DNA of 53,412 bases, from positions 1 through 53,412 of the forward strand of contig KZ538700.1 in assembly GCA_000934665.2 (NCBI GenBank), written 5' to 3'. Positions 22,820 through 33,801 of the stretch are shown here, one piece after another (position 1 is the stretch's first letter; each line of letters opens with the position of its first letter). Position numbers and translations under genes: made by a program. Origin of the DNA: Catajapyx aquilonaris (lineage: Eukaryota). Under the pieces are notes generated by a model. The model had not been told where the DNA came from and made no database searches. It saw only the letters and a program-made list of their open reading frames with translations.

Positions 22820-25800
22820 CCAGCCTGAACAAATTTTGATGTTGTTATTAAAATTAATTAGATGTGCTAAAACTGGCTGTACTGTACCACAATTAAAAGG
22901 ATAGGTTTGCCATATGGCTATTAATTAAACTGATATTGCTTTGCTTCCATTAAATAGTGGCAATTACATAATTATATAATAGGCCTACAGTAATTGCCCC
23001 TGGACAGTCCTGCCACATTGTAAATTCTTCTGCCAATTTGAACATTCCAACCGCAACGGTTACACCTTAACCTATTTAGGTTTTATTTTTTTAAATTAAT
23101 TAGAACCGTTAAAATTGTGGCTGTGCCATTATTCAGAAATGTCGTGGTGGATATTAATTAATCTGTCATTGCTTTGTTTCCATAAAATTATGGCAATTAA
23201 ATTTTTTTTTCTGCCTAGTTGGCTGTATACAAGTTGAGTTTTTTTCTTCTTTCTGAGTGTATGTGTATAGAGATTGCCAAAATGGGGGTGTCTGAAACTC
23301 GATTCCCAAGTCGCCAGAGCTAAAGCTAGAGAGGTGGTGGCTTGGGCTTCACAGGAGGCCCAGGTTAAGAGCCCTTTGTTCCCTTCATCTTCCGACAGCA
23401 GGAGGAACAGTGGGTGTCGTTAGCAGACCTCGGATTCCCTTCCCGGGCTGCTCAGGTGTATCTGACAGCCCCCAAGCCAAGGCCCAAGTCGAGAGAGAGC
23501 TAGAGAGAGAGAGAGAGAGCTAAAGAGAGAGGAAACCTTCCTGGTTCCATCTCCACTTCTCCAGCCCCCCCCCCCCCCAAACTTAGCATCTCTGGAATTG
23601 TTTAGTCCAAAAGCTAAGGCAAAGCTCCCGCGACGACCGCGACGCCCGAGAGCGACGCTCCTCATCCGTCGAGGGGGGGTCCATGGTGCGTCCCCAAACT
23701 CCCAGAGCCTTGATTAGACCGAGACTTGGTTTGCTACCTAAGGATTTTCTTAACCTTAGATAGAGACAGGAGACGCTTGTTTTGACAGCGTGCCTCGCTC
23801 TGATGTATTGTTGGTTCGATTCTGTAGAAAATGCTATTGATTCCTCTGGTCTATACACTTGACTCTCTATTTTTATCATGAGTAATGGGTGTGCTGTATT
23901 ACGGTGCGTATAAAGGGTGGCTTTGTCAGTCGGGTAAGTGCCTTATAGTATCCACACTGAGTGCTTCGGTGGAGGGGAAATGTATTCATAATCATGCAAT
24001 CATGCGGATTGGGGGGAAAAAAAGAAGAAATGTTTCCAGTTCCACATTCATGACCTGTCAAGTTGAGGAAAAAAATTGCTAGGAAAATGCATATGATTTG
24101 TACAGTCATTGCGGTCTGCAACAGAGCATATACAGTAGTTAGGGGGTCATTTTACCGGTACTTCAAAATGTGAGCTGGAGTCCAATTTATCAAGTTGAGT
24201 CACCCCCCTAGTTGCAACCGAACTCGGTGAAATATTTTCTTACTATACGCACTTTTCTTATGTTCACACGTGTCAACTGTTCATATCCTCAGGCTACAAA
24301 AAAAAGTAGCTCCGGATTCTCCAAATTCCGCAAACACTTCGAAATACACGCACCTGAAATGCAATATCACCTCTTCTTTTCCGATATCAAAGAGCTCTTC
24401 TTCCTACATAGGGTGTGTCAAAAAATTCGCAAAGAGTATCAAACCTGTTTCAACGACACGTGTCATATAATTTTTTTATTAACCTTGACGTGCCTGTTTA
24501 CCCAGAACCATCCAAAAAATTGGCTGTGGAAAGCTCCAGGATATACATCCTCTATATATCCCTGCAATAATACATTTCTCCGCCAACTCCAGCTTGGAAA
24601 ATCCATCATGAAAGTGTTCCCCCGGTTCAACAGGAAATCCGGTGATTAACTAAGTTGCCAATCCCCTTCAGGGGGGGAGTTGCTCTGGAAATGCGACCTT
24701 TTGCTAGCAGAGCAAAAGCAAGATCAGTTTCGCAAACCTAATGCCACAGAGACCGTCTTGGGGTGCTGCTGCATGGGCAATATAATATCGGATTGCTGCG
24801 TCTGCGAGAAAAATAATATCTCTCATTACATCGCAAGACGGCCAGGACTGTGGAGTGAAAAATGAAAAGGGAAAGGTGCAGAAAATGAAAACAGTTGTGG
24901 TCGGCATGAGAGTTTAGCCGACCGAGAAAAGATATGAGGCACACAGAGTTGTAGTCCGGAACCGAAATATTGCTTTTTCTCCAGGGCTGTAAACGGATCG
25001 GCCTAATGGTGGAGATAACGACAATTTGACCACACATAACCCGAGTTTCATTCCTGCTCCATATTTCCGCTATATACCAACCCGCTCAACCCACTAAAAA
25101 AAGAAAGAAAAAAAAATCAATTGCACGACCTTTACCCGCAGATATTTTATTGCCTCTAATGAACACTGCGTGACAAAGCGCAGTCCTTCCTGTTTGCTGA
25201 AGGCCAGATAATTGGAGCCTACATCTTCTTTTCGTATCTATTTTTATAGCCCAGTTATTGAAATGCATTAGCTCATAATTATAGCCGTTACTTTCAGAAG
25301 CAAAGAAAAATATTAGTTTCGTAAAATTTCTATTTAAAAATGTTGAAAGTGGAAGAATGTGGGCCAACTTTTGGGCAAACTTCTACCTCTATTGTTGTGT
25401 GCTCCGAATTAGCGTCGTAGTAATGCAAAAGTAATATTACAGGGCGTTATAGGGTGTGCCCTTTTGTTCGAGCTGGCTTTTCCCCCATTCGAGCCTCGGC
25501 ATGAAGTTTGGCGCGGAAGGAAATGAAAGGCGACACTAATTGCAGACTTTTCGGGAATCTGTTTTATGAACGTCATTAAGGGCACAGAAAATTAACCAAC
25601 TAGTGAATCATTTAGCCCCCTCTCCCCATGAAAACTCGCCTCTCATACACAAGTAGCTTAGACATATTTATAACTAGAAGTCTGATGTTACATTAATCAA
25701 CAGGGTTGGCGGATAGCTTTAGAAAAAAAATGAACTGTTATAAATTGAGTTACTGCATCGTTATTTTTGGTCTCTCAAAGTACAGTGTCCATAATATCAG

Positions 25801-26931
25801 GGCTTATCAGGCATCCTGAATTTTCGTCGCCTTAGCTACCAGGGGTTCATCCAACGTGCTGCTTTTGTTCTGGGTCCCTGATAGGAGTCACCCCTGGAGG
25901 ATATTTAGCTATCGGAACACCATAGCAGCAGCTTTCAGACCTGCCAGACCGGAATGAAAAGAGCTCCATACTCAACTTTTCATATATTCAAGCCAGCAGC
26001 CCCCCCTCTTCGCCTATGGAAATCACTGTATATTATGGGAGTGGCAAATCAGTTCTTTCTAGAGGGTAGAGGGAGAGTAGCTAGAGAGGACTCGGCGAAA
26101 AGTTATTCCTGAGCCTGACAGCTGAGACTTGGTTGCTGGAGTTTCCCTAACGAGGTGATGCTCACGGAGCCATAACCCTTGTGACTCGCCTAAAAGCAAA
26201 TTCGTGTAATTGTGGAAAGATACTGACACCCCCTGTTAGCTCATTATTTTGTGGGGAGATGATTTTGGAATTTGTAACGCTAATCCTGAAGGAAAAAGCT
26301 CTGTGCTGGGTGTCTTCTGGGGATGGACCCCCCCAGTAGCGCAGTATCCCCTACCCTTAAAAAAGATGCATTTTTCATGGGGACATGTGGCCTATTAGCA
26401 CTGCTGATGGATCCCCTCCCGTTTGCTTGTCAATAAGGAAAAACCTCAGAGCGCCACGCCCTAATGCAGTTTCCACATACTGGTTCGATCAATGGTAATC
26501 GGAATGTCTGTCACTCGCCGGGATGTGCAGGTGAAACATCAGAGACATTTGTTGCATAATTAAGATTATCCCTTGAAATATGCATGGTGGGTATCGAGTA
26601 GTGAAAATCAGATGCGGTTTATCGTTTTCCGATTTTTTTTCCCGCCCCCCGTTTCGTTCGGCGTGGGGGTGGCGAGGAATTTGTGGTTGTTTGATAAGCC
26701 AAACGCATGCACGATGCATGCGTTCGGTTACTGTGCTTCAAAGCTTGCACCTTGCATAGCAATATTATCAATTTATACCGCATCGGACAAGTACGAACAG
26801 CATAACTGCCAGGGTGATTCACATCATTCGAGAAAGAGAAACTGGAAGTTATTCAACTAAGCAAAATAAAACTAATAGTCTAACAACAACAGCAGCAACA
26901 ACAGCAACAACAACAACAACAGTAGTAGTAG

Positions 26932-27036
26932 CCCAAGTAGCACGAATCACCCTGGAAAATCCCATTGATATCCACTGAATCTCCCGTGAATATTTGGATA
27001 TCCATGGGATTTTCCAGGGCGATTCGTGCTACTTGG

Positions 27037-27037
<1 letters not shown>
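26932..27037. mobile_element. 106-bp MITE with CCCAAGTAGCAC termini (CACTA/EnSpm-like)
   Basis: CCCAAGTAGCACGAATCACCCTGGAAAATCCCA vs reverse complement of right end CCCAAGTAGCACGAATCGCCCTGGAAAATCCCA; flanked by AG on both sides (possible 2-bp TSD). Confidence 0.85.
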
Positions 27038-27110
<73 letters not shown>

Positions 27111-27112
27111 CC

Positions 27113-27154
<42 letters not shown>

Positions 27155-27566
27155 CCGAAGCAGTGGTAGCGGAGGGGATTTGGTATCCGGCTGCAAATCG
27201 GGAGGTCCAGGGATCAAATCCCCAGGCCGGCAACTCTGACCGTGGTTTTCTGTGGTTTCCCACGGTCACCCCCAGGTGAATACCGGAGTTGTTTCCTAAT
27301 CGTAGGCCACAGCCGCTTCCTACCTTTCCTATCCATGTCCCACACTGGAGGAGGTGCGGTGTTTGTGGGAGGTCTCTTACCCGCACCTAGAGGGTCGTCT
27401 TTCAACCTAAGCCCTCTGGGGGACTGCACACGGCCTCCGCCATGAGACATTGCACTTGCACCACTGTCCCCCCCTCCATCCTAGCACCGGAGAGATTGAA
27501 AATGGTCGAAAAACCTCCCCCCTATATAAGCCTGAAGGCTTCAAGGGTGTAATTTAAAAAAAAAAA

Positions 27567-27568
<2 letters not shown>
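27155..27568 (+). mobile_element. Full-length tRNA-derived SINE (tRNA-Cys-like head)
   Basis: A-box TAGCGGAGGGG 27167-27177, anticodon-like loop CTGCAAA 27191-27197, B-box GGATCAAATCC 27211-27221; core GGTTTTCTGTGGTTTCCC..CAGGTGAATACCGG..TAGGCCACAGCCGCTTCCT resembles widespread insect SINE cores; 3' hairpin AAGCC-TGAA-GGCTT and poly-A 27556-27568. Confidence 0.88.
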
Positions 27569-27617
<49 letters not shown>

Positions 27618-28808
27618 ACTAAAAATAAAATATAAATATAAAGTGTCCTATATGTAGGACACTTATAGCCTACAGTTTTTAAGATTTTAGTGATTATGCT
27701 AGTTCTTCATTTGCTCATATTTTTTTTTGTTTTAATTAACAAAAAATTAATGAGGCTTATTTGGGTTAAGATTGTTCTTTTCAATATCAGACTTTATTTC
27801 AAATATGTGTGACTTTCTTTAGAGTGAGTACAAGTAATACACATTGTCATAGGAATCAGAAAGTTTTAAAAAAAAAATCATACTCTGCATGTTGGAACCG
27901 GTCGTGTACAAAATGCATATTTATGTCATGTCTGGGAGCAAATGACAGGGGGGGTTAATTGGAATTACAGGGATAAACTGTCCAGGGCTTGCATAGATAT
28001 GTATAGAGAGGGAGAGATGGGGGAGGGGGAAATAGAGATGGAATTTCGGGGCACGACTGTCACGCGCGCTTGTTTACGCGATAACCAGGATTAGAATATT
28101 GCATATCAAAGTAGACGGAGCGTATTGTTGCCATTATCATCGGGATTATTTTTGCGGGATCCAAAAGGCCTATAAACCGACGCCTGTTTATTGGAGGCAT
28201 ATTCAAGCTCACTTCGTATGCGAATACTGAATGCAATTATTAAATATTTTTTTTACAAGGATATAGAGATGGAGTTGTTAATAAAATTGTTCCATCGTCA
28301 TTGACACATACCGTGCATCATCTGTACGTACAGTGCTGTACAAAATTGCTAGGGAATGTTATTTTGTCCAATACTGTACGCAAAATTTGGGCAGAATATT
28401 TTCCGACAAACGTCATCCTTGCACTTAAAATTATTTTCATATAAGCTCAACGTTTAGTAACGCATATTAACAGGTACTGTATAACAGCAAATGGAACGAT
28501 CCCCATGTAGTTCGAGTTTGGCCTCACAACAATACAATTACCTCGTCATTTATACTGACCGGAAATTAACAAACACGTTTATACTATGCACCAACCCAAT
28601 AATAAAATGATGCTCACAAATTTATTAATATTCATATAATATCAGCGATCAAACAAATTTATCGACGTTTAATAACCTACAATATTATTAAGAGTAGAGA
28701 AATAATATCATATAGGCTACATGCCTCTTCAACTGGATGTACTGTACAGAGGTAATTGTGGTGTAATTGCAGCCTGTACAGGTGGTCAACAAGGATGACA
28801 CCAAACTG

Positions 28809-29524
28809 TTGGCATCACTGGTGGGGTCAGCAAGGATGCCAACAGTGTCACTTGGGATGCCAACTGAACCCAGTTTGGCACCACTGGTGGGGTCAGCAAG
28901 GATGCCAACAGTGTCACTTGGGATGCCAACTGAACCCAGTTTGGCACCACTGGTGGGGTCAGCAAGGATGCCAACAGTGTCACTTGGGATGCCAACTGAA
29001 CCCAGTTTGGCATCACTGGTTGGGTCAGCAAGGATGCCACCAGGCTGTTGGCATCACTGGTGAGGTCAGCAAGGATGCCAACACGGCAACAGTGTCACTT
29101 GGGAAGCCAACTGAACCCAGTTTGGAATCACTGGTTGGGTCAGCAAGGATGCCACCAGGCTGTTGGCATCACTGGTGAGGTCAGCAAGGATGCCAACAGT
29201 GTCACTTGGGATGCCAACTGAACCCAGTTTGGCATCACTGGTGGGGTCATCAAGGATGCCAACAGTGTCACTTGGGATGCCAACTGAACCCAGTTTGGCA
29301 TCCGTTGGCATCACTGGTGGGGTCATCAAGGATGCCAACAGTGTCACTTGGGATGCCAACTGAACCCAGTTTGGCATCCGTTGGCATCACTGGTGGGGTC
29401 ATCAAGGATGCCAACAGTGTCACTTGGGATGCCAACTGAACCCAGTTTGGCATCACTGGTGGGGTCAGCAAGGATGCCAACAGTGTCACTTAGGATGCTA
29501 ACTGAACCCAGTTTGGCACCCCTG
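28809..29524. repeat. 66-bp minisatellite, about 11 units with ~41-bp and ~76-bp variants
   Basis: Unit TTGGCATCACTGGTGGGGTCAGCAAGGATGCCAACAGTGTCACTTGGGATGCCAACTGAACCCAGT; explains the repetitive ORFs 28756-29605. Confidence 0.95.
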
Positions 29525-30215
29525 CAATCCGTATTCCCCGCGCCTCGTTTCTTTGTGCAGAACCGGTCCGTTCCGCTGTTGGTTCCGCTTCTAGCAAACA
29601 GCTGATCGGCAGTGCTTCTCCCCGGCGAGACGCGTATCGATCTGGCTGGCAGGCTTGGAATTAAGCGGGTAAAAGGGCCGGTGGCCGCAGTTTGGCGGCG
29701 CTGCGGCTCGGAGTGTGCGGAGAGTAGACGGGGCTTGAGCCGGGGCCCAATCCTCAGCAGCCCGTGATTGGCCCCTGGGCTGAAGGGGGCCCCTTCCCAC
29801 GTGATCGCCCCCCACCCTCCTCGACCCCATTTCCCAGCCTGGCCCCTATGGCTGCCTCTCTATGGCACCCTCCTGCCGCAGTGTGTATAATACCAGGCTC
29901 GGGGCCAGCGTGGAGGAGAATTCCGCGTCCTGGACTCGTCGGGGGAGGACGTCTTCTCAAGCCTTGCTCTCTCCTCACGGTGGCCACGACAACATACTCG
30001 ACGCTTCCTACACATCTGCTGTTTGCAGCCAGAGAACATTTGCAGGGGCAGGGGGAATAAACAAGTGTTAGTGCGTGTAGTGTGACTTGACCTGTAACCG
30101 TGTAGTTGTGATTTTTTTTGGACTTTTTTTCAGTTTTTTTGATTTTTTTTTGGGGTGGGGTGGACTTGTGGGGACTGTGGTGACAGTGGAGCGGATTGAA
30201 CTGATTGCGGTAAGT
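29525..30215 (+). promoter_or_regulatory. Candidate GC/CpG-rich promoter and non-coding first exon of an unidentified gene
   Basis: CpG-rich block, ATTGG at about 29767, CACGTG at about 29797, TATAATA at about 29886, GTG-rich UTR-like tract, strong donor CG/GTAAGT at 30210. Confidence 0.35.
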
Positions 30216-33200
30216 GAAGGTTCAACCGGTCAGTCGCTACGGTGAGGCTTGCAGTGTCTACGCAAACACTTAAGAGTACGCACCTAACAACAGACAGAAC
30301 TTTTATCATGTTGTATGCGGTATGTACAGTCACTACACTTATATCCAAAAGTTATGGTGTATTCTGTTACTAATGTAAAAATAAATTGCTCGGAAAATGT
30401 ACAGCGAGCTGTTACTTTCATGTTGCGCTGTAAGGCAGGAGTGAACAAGATTTAACGTTTCCATAGCATTGCATGGAAAACATTTGTCGACCGCACCTGT
30501 CTAGCTGAATGCAATCAGTGTTTAGATATCAAGCCTTATCCGCAGTACGTTGGAGTGTAGACACTGCACTGTAACGCAACTGGTGAAAGTGCATTACACC
30601 CTGATATGCACTGCGGAGACATTACACCACCTCTAAGTTTGTAACGAGCTGGTCTTACACAAGCTGTGCATATGCATGTCTTAAATATCAAGCATGTGCA
30701 TTACAGCACTTGGTTAGATGTACTATATTGCCCAAAAACATTTGAGATGATTTTGCATTTGATTCAAGTGCAGGCTGCGCTTGAGTCAAATGCAAAATTG
30801 TCTCATTATGTTTTTGAGCGATATAGTACTTCCAACTTTAATATTTTTTTAAGTAAAAAAAAACCTGACACTGCAGGCATCAAACCGCTACGTTGACTGA
30901 CACCACCCTTGATAACTATCAAGTCGCTTAACAAGCACCTTTTGTGACCGACATTCTCACGGTGGGCTTACTACACACCTTTTTTATCTTTTCTTTTTGG
31001 GGTCCAGTGTCACTCATGACCGGCCTTCTGTGTCTACCTGTAACTCCTTGGATGCATCATATCATTGCCCGCACGCACAGAAAAGTGGTTGACAATATTT
31101 AATTAAAACTGCAGCGGCTCCGTTCGCATAGGTGTAATGCAACATTTGCAAGTTACATGGTTAAATTTCCTAGTCGCCAGTTTGCACACCTTGCGTGTGA
31201 GACGACCATTGAAGGAACCTTTTTTTATATTTTTAAAGTACATATATGCGGGGGTGTACTCTGTTAGAATCTTTTTTTCAGGTGATGTATGCTCACACAA
31301 CAAAAGGTCGCCTGCCGCCGGCTAATTATGCACTTACAAAGAGCTTGAAGGGGCCTATCAATTACCCCTGGTGGACCCTAAAAGCGCGCCCTGGACAACC
31401 CCCGGATTGCTTTATCACACAAGATACCAGATTTTTTTTAAAAAAAAAACGACGCTCAAGGCCAGGTTATGTTAATTATTTTTGGGGAGAAGGGTGAGAA
31501 TTTTTTTTCTCTCCCTTCAAAATCTTGCCCGGAACCATTGGTTGTACTAGTTGGGGTCCGTGCTTGGAATTTTTGAAGAGTTTTTGGACTCCTCCAAGGT
31601 GGGCCAACCTTTTTGCCTTGAGAGAATGTTTTTTGAGAGGAAACAGGTAGACAAGACGCTTGTCCGGGTGGAGCTAGACGAGATCAAAACCTGTGCAAAA
31701 CTTTTTGGAAAAACATGGGGCCCTCGGGGTGGTCTTCCGGATCCAGGCATAAATTAATTTACCGGTGCCGCCTTTTAAGTTCAGAAGGGTGGGTAGGTGG
31801 GTCGTGGGAAATTTCTTTGAGAAACTTTAGGGTCAGTCTACAGTTTTTAAAAGTGTGCAAACTACACGTTTAAATGTCTTTATAAGCGAAACATGTTTTT
31901 TAAACACATAGTTTAAGTTAGAAGAGGTTTTGAAATACAGAAGTGCAAGATACTACGGGTCAACCGAAGTACGTTTGTTGTAGATTTAACCCAGGAGCAA
32001 CTTAACCATTTACTCCAGAGTAAATACATTTGACGAATCCTGTTCCAGGATATGTAATCGGTTATCTGATTTGCTGACGACTCTCCGGTTATCTCATTGG
32101 TTGACGGCTCTCAGTCCACTCTGATTGGCTGAGCTCTCAAGGTTGTCTTTCAGCCAATACGCTCATTTTTTGACTGAAATGCAACCCATAGCCGGTGATT
32201 TGAAGGGTTGGAGCTAGTTAATACATGCAGCTGGGGTATGCATATCGGTTATTGCACCAGAACCAGTTCGTATAGCCTCTACATGACTGGTGGAGAAGAA
32301 AAAAAATAATCCGGACGTCATAAATTTTCATATGAGAATTGATTTGGAGAGGCGTGAAGCGAATAGTCATAAAACGCCCGAAAGTGATGGTTTGGCCGAC
32401 TCGGGGATGTTTCACGCCAACCCCTCGTAATAAATAGGCTTAGAAACAAACGGTGCGAGGCAACACTACAGCATTTTCAATAGTGTGTACACTTTTTGGG
32501 GGGTATAAAAGGAAGTTCAATTACACAGCCAACTTTTTTTCTTCTTCTGGAATTTGCAAGTGTTGCAGAGATGTCCTGTTCTGCATCAGTAACTTGATCC
32601 CTTTTTCTTAGAACTTTTTTTTTTAATGTTGATAGTTCGATGCCCTGGGGTTCAGCTCGATAATGGAGGAAGAGAATTTGGCCCAATAATTGATGAGCCA
32701 GCTTCCCCATTTTTTTCCCCCGCTTCTTTTCTCTCCGGATACCGCCCATTCAAATGATATTGAAACTGCATTTAGAAAATGGGTGATTATGGAGCCGTGT
32801 CTGGGCGAGTCGCTTGAGCCAGAATTCACGATCAATATTGATATCTGGGTGCGAAATGAGCGATGAAGTATGAACTCTCCGATAGCCGGAGCTGTGCTTT
32901 CTTTATTTGTCATCCGTCCTCTAATTGCCGTTTGATGGGAGGAGGGGGGGGGGGGGNNNNNNNNNNGAAATTTGTGCCAAAATTAATTTTTTTGCATCCA
33001 CCATGCAAATTCTTTACACATGCAGCCCATTTCGGGCAAGTTTGCTGTTTTACACCCTGCTCTTATACATCACATCCAAGATTTTATTACTTTTAATTAA
33101 AAGGGCCGGAGCACCCCCTACTAGCGTAGCCTGCACCCATTAAGAGCATAGCAAGCTTATGTCTTCATGGCGAGATGGGAGCCTAAGGAAAAAAAATGGA

Positions 33201-33662
33201 GAGAACACTAGGCTTATCACCTTGTTTCGCAAATTCCGGGCACGTGTGCAGCGTCAATGGGTTGCATATTCGCACTTTATGTCCCAGCCTCTGCCCCCAG
33301 ACCCTAACCAAATTTGCCCTGGTAAACCCCATAATCCCGACCGGAAAGCTTTACTTGGCTAACGCGGCGGCTTGCTTGCGGTTTATAAGGTGCAGCGGCG
33401 ATACACTAAGCACACCTTTACAAAGCACCGAGATTTTCCGACGAAAAATAAGTCAGCTAAGATGTACACCAGGTACAGTACGTTGGTGTACATGGCGTCA
33501 GAGCAGGTGAGATTTCATATGTGAATCTTGTTCAGTGTGATTAAACACATGAATAAACTGTTCCTATAAAGTCTGTGGCTCGTTAAGTTTTCTGAACCTG
33601 AATTTTCTAGCTGGATTGTGTGCAGAATTAAAGAGGGATAGCACTATTCAGCAATTAAAAGA

Positions 33663-33801
33663 TAGACTCTCGAGTAATTCCGAATATTCTTCAAATTCCA
33701 TCACATATAGACTCTATAGTCTAATCAAGATGTATTCTATACGGCTGTAGAGTATATATGTAATGGAATTTTGAAAAATATTCGGAATTACTTATAGTCT
33801 A
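33663..33801. mobile_element. Palindromic AT-rich MITE
   Basis: TAGACT..AGTAATTCCGAATATTCTTCAAATTCCATCACATATAGACTCTA pairs with TAGAGTATATATGTAATGGAATTTTGAAAAATATTCGGAATTACT..AGTCTA; TA at both ends. Confidence 0.75.

Larger units (their letters stand above)
26882..27617. repeat. Compound (CAA/CAG)n-(TAG)n microsatellite interrupted by two insertions
   Basis: CAA/CAG run 26882-26920; TAG runs 26921-26931, 27038-27154 and 27569-27617. Confidence 0.92.

Noticed and set aside
24140..24649. 145-aa ORF / possible DNA transposon remnant
   Set aside because: No protein motif; TE-like texture but no termini or second copy to support it
27155..27232. Functional tRNA-Cys gene
   Set aside because: Acceptor and D stems do not pair properly, T-loop is GATC rather than GTTC, and it continues into a SINE body with poly-A
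26880..27386. 168-aa ORF with poly-L/Y/C
   Set aside because: Translation of microsatellite, MITE and SINE
28809..29524. CRISPR-like array or 22-aa repeat protein
   Set aside because: Spacers are identical rather than unique, no cas genes, eukaryotic context; reading frames are broken by non-triplet variant units
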